Shown in pieces: positions 1 to 8,986 of a DNA stretch of 53,699 bases. The translations under genes were made by a program, and so were the position numbers. A model generated the notes under the pieces. The model had not been told where the DNA came from and made no database searches. It saw nothing but the letters and a program-made list of their open reading frames with translations. Source of the DNA: a virus (lineage: Duplodnaviria > Caudoviricetes); IMG/VR virus record IMGVR_UViG_3300046720_000004, positions 1-53,699 of that record; one strand, given 5' to 3'. Each line of letters opens with the position of its first letter. Within the stretch, counting starts at the first letter, position 1.

Positions 1-441
1 CCGCCGGGACCGAGGATCGAACTCCGCGAACATGTCCAAAGCGCTCTCGACAGTGATCAGCGGCGTCGAATCATCGCCATCGTTGCTGCCCACCACGATG
101 TACGAACGCCGCATCGCCAGAGCATCCAGGTGTCCCATCTGCGACTGCTCATCCATGTCGTTGGCCTGCCAGATCCGCCACAGCTCATCGTCGGCATCCG
201 CGACCCCAGGAAAACGGAAGCCCTCAACGTCCAGGCGCTCCTCGATGCTGTCGACAATCAGACGCGGCCAGTTGATGACGACCTGCCGCACCGTCTCCTG
301 CAACTCCACCTGCAGCTCCGGAGCCATGTACGACAACGGCTGAGTGCCCTCGTAATAGGAATTCAGCCGCTTCAGCTCGCCCAGCTCCTTGTCATGACAC
401 GCGACGAGACGCGTCAGCCACTGCAGCTCGGAACGCTCCAC
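1..441 (-). CDS. Phage portal protein, SPP1 gp6-like (N-terminal part; runs off the window)
   Basis: Not in the ORF track. Manual translation from GTG 441: MERSELQWLTRL...YYEGTQPL...NWPRLIVDSIEERLDVEGFRFPG...LWRIWQAND, typical actinophage portal motifs, directly downstream of TerL. Confidence 0.9.
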   Translation of the reverse strand, partial: MERSELQWLTRLVACHDKELGELKRLNSYYEGTQPLSYMAPELQVELQETVRQVVINWPRLIVDSIEERLDVEGFRFPGVADADDELWRIWQANDMDEQSQMGHLDALAMRRSYIVVGSNDGDDSTPLITVESALDMFAEFDPRSRR

Positions 442-451
442 AGGCACCCCC

Positions 452-2086
452 TCACCGCATGATCAGCATCTTTGACTTCTTCTTCGGCCGGGCCAGGCCT
501 GCGGCGATGGCGTCATTCGCGGCCTCGTGCGCGAGCACGGAACACACCGAGAGGTCGATCTTTTGATGAACGACGGCCTTACGCAGGACATAGCGCTTCG
601 CGGGTCTCGCCGCCTTGCGTGTATTCCGCACATGGGTCGACGTCACCTCGCAGCCGTCATGCCGGAACGTCGTGTCCGCTTTCGTGACGTCCGTCAGCAG
701 CTGATCGCACGCGGCATGCATCTGCACGACCCGGTTCGTGTGCCACTCCGTGACGCGCTTATCGCCGTAGCGTGCCTGCCACGCAGCGACCTCGCTGGTC
801 CAGTACGGCGGGTCGAAGTAGCCGCGCACCACCTCGTAGCGGCCGAACACTTCATCAACCGCGGCGTCGACCTCCAGGCGCGGCACCTGGCCGTCCCACT
901 CCTCCGGATCCCAGATGCACGGCCGCCGGTCCGGCCCGTAGGTCGGGGTGAACTGGTAGCCGTCCAAGGTCTCGGCTCTCAAGCCGGTCCAGTCATCCAC
1001 GTCGGAGCCGTCGAAGCCGAGAGCGATGCGGGTGCCGTCGGGCACCTCTTCGAGCACGAGCCGCGCATCCCAGCGATCCTGGAGAAGCCAAGTACCCATG
1101 CCCGCCGTAATGCGGTTGCCGTGGAAGCGCTCCGCCTCCGCAGGCTCCTTCTCCAGCAGCTCCGCCGCTTCACCCTCGATGGCGTCGAGATCGATGTGCG
1201 CGCTACCCCGATAAACGGCAGCATGGATCTTCCGCCGGTCCGCCTTCCTGGCATAGTCAAGATCCTTGGGCGGCACCCGGTGAAACCGGTAAACGTCCTT
1301 CACCTTGGTCTCCGCCGTCTTCTGCGCGACCGAGCCCTCGGTGGGATCCCAGGCGTTCGTCTGCTCCAGCGATCGGCCAGACATGCCGGCCAGGCCACGC
1401 CGCTGGGTGGTCGCCACCTTGGTCATGCCGTTGCCGACGGTCCAGATGCCGGTCTCATCCTGCACGGCGAACGTGATCGGGTTGCCCAGACGGGACTGAG
1501 CGGACGCAGTAACAACGTCGATGCGGCCGTCGCCCGGCAGGCGAATGAACTGCTCACCCACCTTCATCACTTCGGCCAACGGTCCATTGCGGATCATCGC
1601 CTGAAGCGGTCGATACGTGTTGTCCGTCTGGTCCTCGGACGTCGCCGTAATCTGGATCAGCGGCTGATTCCACGAACGCCCCATCGGCTCGCCCGGCTCG
1701 TACTCATACACCCAGCCGCAGCCGCAACGATGATCCGAGCACCGGTAGCGCTCACCGCCACGCGCCCAGCCGTTGAACAGCACCGGCCCGACACCCTCGG
1801 CCACCACGATGGACGCGGCCCAGGGGCCTTTGCCCGACTTCTGCGGCGCCACCGCCTGCACGCGGCGATAAGCGAACGCGGTGGACAGCTGGCCAAGCTG
1901 CGCCGTCGGCTTGACCCGGTAGAGGTTAGCCGTGATGCGCAGCTGCCAGTCATACATCTCGAACGGCATCGGCGTATCGTCCACGCCACCCACCGATTGC
2001 AAACGGCAGTGCCGCGTGATCCAGTCCGGGACAACGAACAGCGTCGGGAAGTCGAGCGCCCATGTCCCGTCGTCAGCCGCTACCAC
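452..2086 (-). CDS. terL: Terminase large subunit
   Basis: Walker A-like PQKSGKG, Walker B-like FAVQDETG, RNase H-like LGFDGS..DD, YFDPPYW, C-terminal KIDL; lies between TerS and portal. Confidence 0.92.
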   Translation of the reverse strand: MVAADDGTWALDFPTLFVVPDWITRHCRLQSVGGVDDTPMPFEMYDWQLRITANLYRVKPTAQLGQLSTAFAYRRVQAVAPQKSGKGPWAASIVVAEGVGPVLFNGWARGGERYRCSDHRCGCGWVYEYEPGEPMGRSWNQPLIQITATSEDQTDNTYRPLQAMIRNGPLAEVMKVGEQFIRLPGDGRIDVVTASAQSRLGNPITFAVQDETGIWTVGNGMTKVATTQRRGLAGMSGRSLEQTNAWDPTEGSVAQKTAETKVKDVYRFHRVPPKDLDYARKADRRKIHAAVYRGSAHIDLDAIEGEAAELLEKEPAEAERFHGNRITAGMGTWLLQDRWDARLVLEEVPDGTRIALGFDGSDVDDWTGLRAETLDGYQFTPTYGPDRRPCIWDPEEWDGQVPRLEVDAAVDEVFGRYEVVRGYFDPPYWTSEVAAWQARYGDKRVTEWHTNRVVQMHAACDQLLTDVTKADTTFRHDGCEVTSTHVRNTRKAARPAKRYVLRKAVVHQKIDLSVCSVLAHEAANDAIAAGLARPKKKSKMLIMR

Positions 2087-2270
2087 CGAACGCCACGCTC
2101 ATATCGATGTCCGCCTCGAAGCAGACGACTTCGATCCCGAACTGATCCCGGATGACCTGGCCGATCCGCTGCATGTCCTCCGCATCCAGTTCACAGCTGT
2201 TTCCGACGTTCCCGATCAGCAAAATGTCACCGGGCTTCGCCAGGACCACGTGCCGAAGCTCGGCCATCAC
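2073..2270 (-). CDS. Small hypothetical protein between TerS and TerL
   Basis: MAELRHVVLAKPGDILLIGNVG...; overlaps the TerS stop (GTGA) and the TerL start. Confidence 0.6.
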   Translation of the reverse strand: MMAELRHVVLAKPGDILLIGNVGNSCELDAEDMQRIGQVIRDQFGIEVVCFEADIDMSVAFGGSG

Positions 2271-2731
2271 GCACCCCCAGATACGGCCCGCAGCCGGGCA
2301 CGCGCCGAGTTCGGCGCGTTCGGCGCCGGGGCGGCAGACAGTTGCTCGGCCTCGCTGCTCGGCCGGTCGATACGCCACCGGTTGGCGCGCATCCCCGGCG
2401 TGGAAAGGCCGAGGGAATCGGCCAGTTGTCGGACCAGCGTCGACAGCACCACCGCCGAGTCCGGCTTCTCCGCTTCGGCGAGCCGACGGACATACAGCGC
2501 CACTTCCACATCCTGGCCGTAGCGCTCCCACATCAAAGCCTGCGGCATCCGCCACAAGCGATCCCACAGCGCCGCCTCACGAACGCTCTGCTCCTCGAAC
2601 GGCCAGTTGGGCATTGCGCCTTCACGGCCTTCAGCGGGCAGGATCGTCCACTCGCCGGCGTCCCGCTCGCGTCGCAGCGCGCTCGGATCCGGTGCCGGCC
2701 CGCTCCTGGTGCGTGCTCCACCCTTCGGCAT
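2267..2731 (-). CDS. terS: Terminase small subunit
   Basis: MPKGGARTRSGPAPDP N-terminus, LWRMPQALMWE, LGLSTPGMRANRWRI: typical actinophage TerS. Confidence 0.85.
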   Translation of the reverse strand: MPKGGARTRSGPAPDPSALRRERDAGEWTILPAEGREGAMPNWPFEEQSVREAALWDRLWRMPQALMWERYGQDVEVALYVRRLAEAEKPDSAVVLSTLVRQLADSLGLSTPGMRANRWRIDRPSSEAEQLSAAPAPNAPNSARARLRAVSGGA

Positions 2732-2799
2732 CTCGATCACTCCAACAAGCCGCGTTGCGCGGCAAAAGCGCCGTCACCTTGCGTGACGACGGAGCATGA

Positions 2800-2905
2800 T
2801 CATCAAGGCTCTGAACCCGGCCGACTTGGGAGCCACCTCCCCGGCGGTCCTGCGGCTAGGCCGCATTGGGGGTCACTCCCCACCCCCCGCTCACCCAGGG
2901 TGACC
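2800..2905 (-). other. Putative cos/packaging-site region
   Basis: Intergenic gap upstream of TerS and downstream of the HNH genes, containing GGGGTGGGGAGTGACCCCC and ACCGCCGGGGAGG on the minus strand; position inferred from HNH-cos-TerS synteny. Confidence 0.4.
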
Positions 2906-2929
2906 AGCCTGGGCAGGGCGGACCGGCGG

Positions 2930-3181
2930 TCAGCCGTCGGCCATGGAACGCACCTCGACCTGCTCGGCGACCCTCAGCATGCCGGCCCGTTCGATCCAGC
3001 CCAGGCCGTCGGAGTAGGCCAGGCTCAGCCTGGTGTCGCCGTCCTCCTGTACCACCTTGAGCAGCACCATGGCGCCGGCCACCAGTTCGCCCGGCTCGAT
3101 CGTGGCACGCACGCCGAGTCCGTCGATCACGTCGCCGACCGGCCGCACCTCAGTGCCCGCGTTCTCGTCCCATCCACTCAT
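2930..3181 (-). CDS. Hypothetical protein
   Basis: MSGWDENAGTEV...; GGAGG RBS upstream, high-GC codon usage. Confidence 0.65.
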   Translation of the reverse strand: MSGWDENAGTEVRPVGDVIDGLGVRATIEPGELVAGAMVLLKVVQEDGDTRLSLAYSDGLGWIERAGMLRVAEQVEVRSMADG

Positions 3182-3232
3182 GCGTGCCACCCTCCGGGCT
3201 GGTGCTGTGCCGTCTGGCTGGCGCTTACGGGT

Positions 3233-4078
3233 TCAGCCGATGAGGAGGAGCTGTTCGCCTCCACCTCGGTGCTGCTTGCTGAGGTTGCAGGTCAGGTGGG
3301 CGAGGTGCACGTTGGTGCGCACGTGGTGCCCGCCCTTGGCCAGCGGGATGATGTGATCCAGGCTGGCGCTATTCGGGTGAGGCCATGACAGCTTCGGGTT
3401 GACCTTGCGGTGGCAGAGGCCGCACTTCCAGCCGTCTCGTTCATAGATCTCCAGCGAGTCGATGTGCTCGCTGTCGCCAGACAGCATGGCCACGCGGCGG
3501 CGGTGCTCTTGGTCTCGGCTCCGTGCGCGTCGCCTGTCGAGGTAGCACGACTCGCAGAACTGCCGATTGATCATCGATCCCAGCGGAAGCGGTTCCTGGC
3601 AGACGCTGCACTGTCCGGCGTCCAGGGTCCCGTTGCGTCGCAGCCGCATGTAGTGGGCCTCGCACAGCGCGGCGAGCGCCGAGCGGGGCTGCTTGACGCA
3701 CCCATCTACGACGCACTCAGTGTGACGTGTGGGCTGCCAGTGCGGACCACCGTAGACCCGCCACAGCCTGTAGTGCCTGACGCACCACCCATGCCCATGC
3801 ACGGGACGACCGCACGCGTCAATATCGCAGGCTCGCCGCTTGACTGTTCGGTCTTCGAGCGGGTCGCCGTACTTCCGCCACTTGATGTAGTGGGGCGAGC
3901 ACATGTTCCGTGCCCACGACGGGCGCTCGCAGTCAACTACCTCGCAGTGCTCGGGCTGTCTTGGCGGCGTCCACTCTGCGCTGCCGTGGTTCACGAGCCG
4001 TCGGTGGTGCAGCTTGCAGTAGCCCCTGCCGTAGTGGATGCGTTCGCATCCGGGCAGCGCGCATATACGCTTTCCCAT
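3233..4078 (-). CDS. Free-standing HNH endonuclease with four tandem CCCH zinc-finger-like repeats
   Basis: C-terminal IYERDGWKCGLC...SLDHIIPLAKGGHH...N..LAH..CN; N-terminal Cx4Cx8-10CxxH(Y) repeats. Confidence 0.88.
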   Translation of the reverse strand: MGKRICALPGCERIHYGRGYCKLHHRRLVNHGSAEWTPPRQPEHCEVVDCERPSWARNMCSPHYIKWRKYGDPLEDRTVKRRACDIDACGRPVHGHGWCVRHYRLWRVYGGPHWQPTRHTECVVDGCVKQPRSALAALCEAHYMRLRRNGTLDAGQCSVCQEPLPLGSMINRQFCESCYLDRRRARSRDQEHRRRVAMLSGDSEHIDSLEIYERDGWKCGLCHRKVNPKLSWPHPNSASLDHIIPLAKGGHHVRTNVHLAHLTCNLSKQHRGGGEQLLLIG

Positions 4079-4109
4079 GTCGGTCCTGTCGTCTCAGGGT
4101 CGTTCCACG

Positions 4110-4138
4110 CCCCGGGAGTGTTAGCGCACTCGCCGGGG
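4110..4138 (-). promoter_or_regulatory. Leader hairpin upstream of the HNH gene
   Basis: CCCCGG-C-GAGTG-CGCTAA-CACTC-CCGGGG on the minus strand, between a GACAAT -10-like box and the HNH start. Confidence 0.55.
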
Positions 4139-4166
4139 TCCTTGCTCTATTGTCCCACGTCAGCGG

Positions 4167-4535
4167 CTATCTGCGGTTCCAACCGCCTTGTTGGTCAGGG
4201 CTGTTGGCGGTCTCTCGGCTATGGCATGGACCGCAGAGTCCGCGTCCGTGCTGCGGGTCGTTGGGGTCGAGATCGCGCTCGACCAGGTCGCGTCTGCTGA
4301 GCGGGTGGTGGTCGGCGTGCCGGCTCGGTGCCGACTGGCACAGGACGCACACGGGATCGCGGGCGAGGACGGCTGGCCTGAACCGATGCTCGTGCTCACG
4401 CCCGTAGCCGCGCTGTCGCGCGGTGCCGCGTCGCTGCTCTGCCTGTTGCTTGCATCCGTCGCAGCGGCCGCTGCCTTGGGTGTACTCGGGGCAGCCTGGT
4501 GTAGAGCACACGCGCCAGCTGGTGCGTCTGGGCAC
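4167..4535 (-). CDS. Packaging-associated HNH protein (HK97 gp74-like)
   Basis: CSTPGC..RC..C, ARQRGYG, VLARDPVCVLC, ADHHP, GLCGPCHSRET; upstream of the terminase genes. Confidence 0.85.
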   Translation of the reverse strand: MPRRTSWRVCSTPGCPEYTQGSGRCDGCKQQAEQRRGTARQRGYGREHEHRFRPAVLARDPVCVLCQSAPSRHADHHPLSRRDLVERDLDPNDPQHGRGLCGPCHSRETANSPDQQGGWNRR

Positions 4536-4582
4536 CGCGTCACCTCCGCTGTACCGTGTGCGCACTCAACCGAGGGGGAGTC

Positions 4583-4798
4583 ATGGGTAGGTCGGATGGG
4601 GCTGTTGGTGTGTTCGCTGTGGGTGTGGTGCTGGTGTTCGTGGCGGTGATCGGCCGGGTGTGGTGGCCGCTGCTGCCTGCTGTGTGCCTGATGGTGGGTG
4701 CTGTGGCTGCGACGGCTCGGGCCCGGCGGACCGGACCGGCGCCTGACGTGACGCTGCGACCTGGTGGTGACGGTAGGCCGTGGCGCGGGCGCGACTGA
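4583..4798 (+). CDS. Small membrane protein (opposite strand, moron-like)
   Basis: GAGGGGGAG RBS, two hydrophobic segments. Confidence 0.5.
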   Translation: MGRSDGAVGVFAVGVVLVFVAVIGRVWWPLLPAVCLMVGAVAATARARRTGPAPDVTLRPGGDGRPWRGRD

Positions 4799-4897
4799 TC
4801 AGGCGACGCCGAACAGCCGCGCTACCGCGAGCACACCAACAGCGGCGAGGGTGACGCCGAGGGCGAAGGCCAGGGCGCTACCGAACGGCTCCTTCAT
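4799..4897 (-). CDS. 32-aa single-TM peptide
   Basis: GGAGG RBS; MKEPFGSALAFALGVTLAAVGVLAVARLFGVA; below the ORF-track cutoff. Confidence 0.5.
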   Translation of the reverse strand: MKEPFGSALAFALGVTLAAVGVLAVARLFGVA

Positions 4898-4912
4898 GGG
4901 TGGCGCCTCCGA

Positions 4913-5521
4913 TCATGGCTCGCCAACTTCGTTCAGCGCTGCCCCATCGAGCGCGGCGTCGATGAGGTCGGCGACCGGCTCCCATGTGCGCGTGACGCCA
5001 CGGATGCGGGCCGACTCGGCACGTACTCGGGCGATCGTGGCGGCCTGCGCGTCGCGTTCCTTGCGTATCCCGTCGGCGGCGTTGCGGATGTCGCCCCAGT
5101 CGCTCCGTGGGCCCATGCCGAGGGCCTGCTGAAGTTCGCTCTTCCGCTTGGCGCGCCGGTACGCATCCTGGGGGATGGCCTGCCGACCTTGGGTCTGGCC
5201 CGCTCCCTTGAGCGTCTGCGTGACCTTCGCTTGGGCGGCGAGGATCTCGTCCTGCACCTGCTCGCGGAACTGCTCGAAGTCGCCTTCGACGCGCAGGCGG
5301 ATGGGGTAGCCGTCGGGGCCGAGCGGCACCTGGTTGGCGGGGATGTCGATGGTTTCGCTGAAGCAGAGGACGTGGCGGGCGCCGGTCCGCGTAGCGCTGT
5401 TGTCGGGCCAGCGGGCGATGTCGGCCGCTGTCTCCTCGTCGACCTGGTCGATGACGAGGATGAACGGGGCGCGTTCATCTGCGGCGCCTTCGGGGAGTTC
5501 GAGGATCTGCAGGCGGGCCAT
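4913..5521 (-). CDS. Hypothetical phage protein
   Basis: MARLQILELPEGAADERAPFILVIDQ...; TGATG coupling to the upstream gene. Confidence 0.7.
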   Translation of the reverse strand: MARLQILELPEGAADERAPFILVIDQVDEETAADIARWPDNSATRTGARHVLCFSETIDIPANQVPLGPDGYPIRLRVEGDFEQFREQVQDEILAAQAKVTQTLKGAGQTQGRQAIPQDAYRRAKRKSELQQALGMGPRSDWGDIRNAADGIRKERDAQAATIARVRAESARIRGVTRTWEPVADLIDAALDGAALNEVGEP

Positions 5522-5838
5522 CAGCCGGTCACTTTGCCGAGCGTCGGGTAGGGGCGGCGGGTGTAGTGGGCGCCCTTCCAGGAGATGGCTTCGCCGTCGG
5601 CGGAGGCGAACACTTCGGGGCCGAGGACGGTGATGTCGCCGTCTTGGTGCGGGTAGGTGATGGTGTCCTTGGGGTCGTCCTGGCACACGATGCTGCGGAC
5701 GTGGGCGACGGGCGTGAGGGCGACGACCTGCTTACCGTTGCGGGTGAAGGTGTAGTGGCGGTCGGCGTCGTACTCCACGCCGTCGGCTTCGACGGTCTCG
5801 GTGTCGCCGGTGAGGTAGTTGATCGTGTAGCGGGCCAT
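5521..5838 (-). CDS. Hypothetical phage protein
   Basis: MARYTINYLTGD...; strong GC3 bias. Confidence 0.7.
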   Translation of the reverse strand: MARYTINYLTGDTETVEADGVEYDADRHYTFTRNGKQVVALTPVAHVRSIVCQDDPKDTITYPHQDGDITVLGPEVFASADGEAISWKGAHYTRRPYPTLGKVTG

Positions 5839-5841
5839 GCC

Positions 5842-6225
5842 TCACGCCGCCTTGTGCTGGCTGGTGTGGACGGGCTGTCCGCTGTCGCTGTCCTGCGGCT
5901 CTTCGTCGACGAGGGTGTAGGTCTTGCCGCCATCAGCGGACATGGCGCGCGGGTCGCGGGTGTTCTGCCAGAGCGGGGTGCCGCTGATCTCCGACCGGTC
6001 GATCCACTCGGCGGGGTCGTCGGTGAGCGGGCTGAGGGATTGGAAGCGCAGCAGCTTCTCCAGGACAGCCGTGGAGTGCTCGGCGGAGAATCCGCTGTGG
6101 CCCATTGCCGCGAAGGCGGAGATTACCTTGCACAGGCCATTCGTGAGCCATTCGTCCTCGCCGATGAGGGCGAGTTTGCGGCGGGCGTGGTCGACAAGCG
6201 GACTGTCGGTGGTTGTGCTGGTCAC
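5842..6225 (-). CDS. Conserved hypothetical phage protein
   Basis: GTG start coupled to the upstream stop; GHSGFSA...PLTDDPAEW...WQN.R motif recurrent in phages. Confidence 0.7.
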   Translation of the reverse strand: MTSTTTDSPLVDHARRKLALIGEDEWLTNGLCKVISAFAAMGHSGFSAEHSTAVLEKLLRFQSLSPLTDDPAEWIDRSEISGTPLWQNTRDPRAMSADGGKTYTLVDEEPQDSDSGQPVHTSQHKAA

Positions 6226-6641
6226 GGGGCGGGCTCCTCGGAATGCACGATGGCGACGAGTGTGAAGGTGAAGGTGGGGGTTGCTGTTCCCCCCACCACC
6301 CACTGGGACCGGTAGCGGGTGAAGTCCAGATTCGCGGCCTGCACGAGCGCCGAACTCGCCGCGAGGGGGCTTGCCGCCGATGTCGCGGTCTGCTGCGGAA
6401 AAGTGACCACCGTGTGCCACTTGCCGGACGCTTCGTTGAATCCCTGGATCGTCACGTCCAGGGTTGGCGTGGTGCCGGAGACGGCCGAGACGTCCAAGAC
6501 GAAGATGGCTTTGGCGAAGGCTCCCAGCTCGGGGTATTCGCGGGACTGGGTGGTCTGCGTGTTGGTGGCTGCGCGGGCGCCCACGGACTGTTCGTTCTCC
6601 GACGGCAGCGTCCACATCGGCACCGTCATTTTGATCGCCAT
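6222..6641 (-). CDS. Beta-rich putative virion accessory protein
   Basis: Thr/Ser/Val-rich beta-sandwich-like sequence (LDVSAVSGTTPTLDVTIQ...RYRSQWVVGG..PTFTF). Confidence 0.6.
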   Translation of the reverse strand: MAIKMTVPMWTLPSENEQSVGARAATNTQTTQSREYPELGAFAKAIFVLDVSAVSGTTPTLDVTIQGFNEASGKWHTVVTFPQQTATSAASPLAASSALVQAANLDFTRYRSQWVVGGTATPTFTFTLVAIVHSEEPAP

Positions 6642-6644
6642 AGC

Positions 6645-7472
6645 TCAGTCCTCGATCGTGCCGATCATGTTCGCGATGTTCACGAACCGGCGGGTGCTGG
6701 TGGACGCGGAGAACTCGAATGAGTGGTGCATCCCGGCGAACGCGGTCGAGTCGGTGACGTCCAGGGAGTAGCCGGAGAGATCTACGGCGCTTTCGCCGTC
6801 GAGCTGAATGCTGATGTATCTCCCCGTCACGAAGTCCACGATCAGTTTGACCCAGTGCCAGCCGCCGGCCCGGTCGAGGCGGCCGGACGGGACGTCGTAG
6901 GTGTGGCTGCCGGCCCCGTTTTGGACCACGCTGGTGCTGACCGCGGTGTAGGTGGCGGCCCCTGACGCGGTGGTGCCGCTCGCGGTGTTCGTAGCGGCGC
7001 CGTCCAAAATTCTGGCGACCAGGGGCTGGTTGTTGCCGTTGGGGTCCAGCCACACCCGGCCGTGGTGCGCGGATGCCCCGTTCCGGTTGTAGATCGACAT
7101 CGAAAGCAGCGCGTTCGACGTCAAGTTCAGCGAGGTCATACGCACCCAGGCCTCAAGACCGTACCGGTGCCGGTAGCCGTCGTGGATACGCCGCTTGACG
7201 ACCACACCGGCTGTAATCGCCGTGCGGCCGGGATTGGTGGCGGAGCTGTTGGTCTGCCCACCGGTGTCCAGGCGCAGCGTGGGCCGGCCGCCGAGCATGA
7301 TGTCGCAGTCCCGGCCGGCCCAGCCCACGCCGTCATTCCACAGGCCCGGCTGAACGCTGCTGAAGTTCTCCACGTACAGGACCCGGCCGCCCGTGGTGCG
7401 TGTGGGCGCCGGGCGGGGCGGCGCGATCTGCACGGTGCTGGTGTACCCGCCGATACTGGAGATCCCGCCCAT
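6645..7472 (-). CDS. Putative receptor-binding/lectin-like virion protein
   Basis: Gly/Thr-rich, GGWHWVKL...I.LDG (ConA/LamG-like pattern); TAATG coupled. Confidence 0.55.
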   Translation of the reverse strand: MGGISSIGGYTSTVQIAPPRPAPTRTTGGRVLYVENFSSVQPGLWNDGVGWAGRDCDIMLGGRPTLRLDTGGQTNSSATNPGRTAITAGVVVKRRIHDGYRHRYGLEAWVRMTSLNLTSNALLSMSIYNRNGASAHHGRVWLDPNGNNQPLVARILDGAATNTASGTTASGAATYTAVSTSVVQNGAGSHTYDVPSGRLDRAGGWHWVKLIVDFVTGRYISIQLDGESAVDLSGYSLDVTDSTAFAGMHHSFEFSASTSTRRFVNIANMIGTIED

Positions 7473-7792
7473 TACAGGGTCACCCCCGAGATCGTGAGCG
7501 TGACCGCGGACGCGGATGCCGCGAGCGCGGACAGGAAATCACCAGTAGCCATGACCTGGGACAGATCGATGACGCTGGTCTGCCCGGCGCTGAGGGCGAG
7601 TTGGTAGAAGAGACGGTTGGCGGCGCCTGCCGTGCCTCCGCTGGGGACGAGGCTCAGCGACAGGGCGACGCTCCCCCCGGTGGTGTTGACCGCGACGATC
7701 TCCTTGAGGATCGTGCCGCCGCCTGCGGTGTACAGGGTGGTCTCGGTGGCCGGGGCCTGGCCTTGGTACAGCCGCGCGGGGGTGTAGGCCAT
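7472..7792 (-). CDS. Small beta-sandwich virion accessory protein
   Basis: TTLYT...I.AVNTTG...M..GD.L.A.AS.ASAVTLTISG, a recurrent phage fibre-associated pattern. Confidence 0.6.
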   Translation of the reverse strand: MAYTPARLYQGQAPATETTLYTAGGGTILKEIVAVNTTGGSVALSLSLVPSGGTAGAANRLFYQLALSAGQTSVIDLSQVMATGDFLSALAASASAVTLTISGVTL

Positions 7793-7793
7793 G

Positions 7794-8192
7794 TCAGCCG
7801 ACCCCCATCCACAGCAGTGCGAGGAGGTTGTCGCGGTCGGTGGTGGTGGCCAGCGTGGATACCGGGGCGCCGTTGAGGTTGCCGGTGACGGTGAGGTCGC
7901 CGTTGAAAGTGGCCGCGGCCGTGGCCGGGTCGAGGTCGAACACCGCGTCGTAGGGCGAGGTGCCGATCCGTGTGCGGCCGATCAGGTGGGGCCCTGCTGC
8001 TTCCCAGCGCATGACGGGGGTCTGGGTGCCGGTGAAGTCGGCGCCGGACCAGCAGGACACGATGACGTCGAGGCCGCCGATTTCGAGGTCGAGGCCGCCG
8101 CCGGTGACGCGTAGGCGGTAGGCGCCGGTCCCGTCGGCTCTTTTGACGGTGAGGTCGTCGCCGTCGATGACCAGTTCGTTGAGGAGGTCCAT
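7794..8192 (-). CDS. Putative fibre subunit
   Basis: MDLLNELVIDGDDL...FNGDLTVTGNLNG; coupled to its neighbours. Confidence 0.6.
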   Translation of the reverse strand: MDLLNELVIDGDDLTVKRADGTGAYRLRVTGGGLDLEIGGLDVIVSCWSGADFTGTQTPVMRWEAAGPHLIGRTRIGTSPYDAVFDLDPATAAATFNGDLTVTGNLNGAPVSTLATTTDRDNLLALLWMGVG

Positions 8193-8977
8193 CAGCCGAT
8201 CACCACGACCCGGAACTCGCTTGCCGTCGGGGCGACGGCGAAGGTCACGGTGACGGTGTTGGTGTCGGTGGCGGTCCAGTCGGTGAGCACCATGGTGTCG
8301 TCGGAGTTGCGGCGCACCGTGACGGACACGTCTTTGGTGCCGAAGTTGTGGGTGACCGCGATGCTGGTTGCGCTGCCGTTGCCGATGGATGCGGCGACGT
8401 GCCGGGCGGTGACGGAGGTGTCGATGCTGACGGCGTCGGCTTCGACGGTGATGCCGCTGCCGGCGCCGACATCCAACGTGTTGCCGGTGCGGGCGAGTCC
8501 TGCCCCGGCGACGGGGAGGTTGGCGCCGCCGAACTGCGCCCACACGATGCTGCTGGTGTCGATCGTGGGGGTGTTGGTGGTCTGCGTGAACGCGTTGTCG
8601 GCGTTGACGGTGCCCGCTTGGACGAGGACGGCGGCGGAGTCGAGCTCGGCGCTGGAGTCCGCGTCCGTCGCCCGCGCGGGGGCACCCGAGACGGCGACGA
8701 CGTAGATCCCGTTCTCGGACTGCGTCGTCTGGTCCTTGATCAGGATCCGGTCGTTCGTGGCGAGGGCGACCCCGTCGATCACGTCGCCGTTCTCGAACGA
8801 CGTGGCGAGCGTCCCGTTGGTGGTGGTGGCCGCACGGACGGGCTGCTTCCACGTCAGGCCAGCGACCTTCGAATCCACGTACTGCTTGGTGACCGCATCG
8901 GTAGCGGCTGAGGGATCGGCGAGGTTGACGGCCCGCTGATTGTTCAGATCCGCGCCGGTGAGCAGGGGTACGGCCAC
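8192..8977 (-). CDS. Phage fibre/head-decoration-like protein
   Basis: NLADPSAATDAVTKQYVD, WKQPVRAATT, IDGVALATNDRILIKDQ...NGIY fibre motifs; C-terminal THNFG domain; GAGGA RBS. Confidence 0.8.
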   Translation of the reverse strand: MAVPLLTGADLNNQRAVNLADPSAATDAVTKQYVDSKVAGLTWKQPVRAATTTNGTLATSFENGDVIDGVALATNDRILIKDQTTQSENGIYVVAVSGAPARATDADSSAELDSAAVLVQAGTVNADNAFTQTTNTPTIDTSSIVWAQFGGANLPVAGAGLARTGNTLDVGAGSGITVEADAVSIDTSVTARHVAASIGNGSATSIAVTHNFGTKDVSVTVRRNSDDTMVLTDWTATDTNTVTVTFAVAPTASEFRVVVIG

Positions 8978-8986
8978 GCGATCCTC

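Noticed and set aside
527-2155. Long plus-strand ORFs (e.g. 527-2155, 45347-47239) and long Arg/Pro-rich frames (e.g. the 5' part of 7794-9926)
   Set aside because: Shadow ORFs of high-GC genes, with no motifs or RBS
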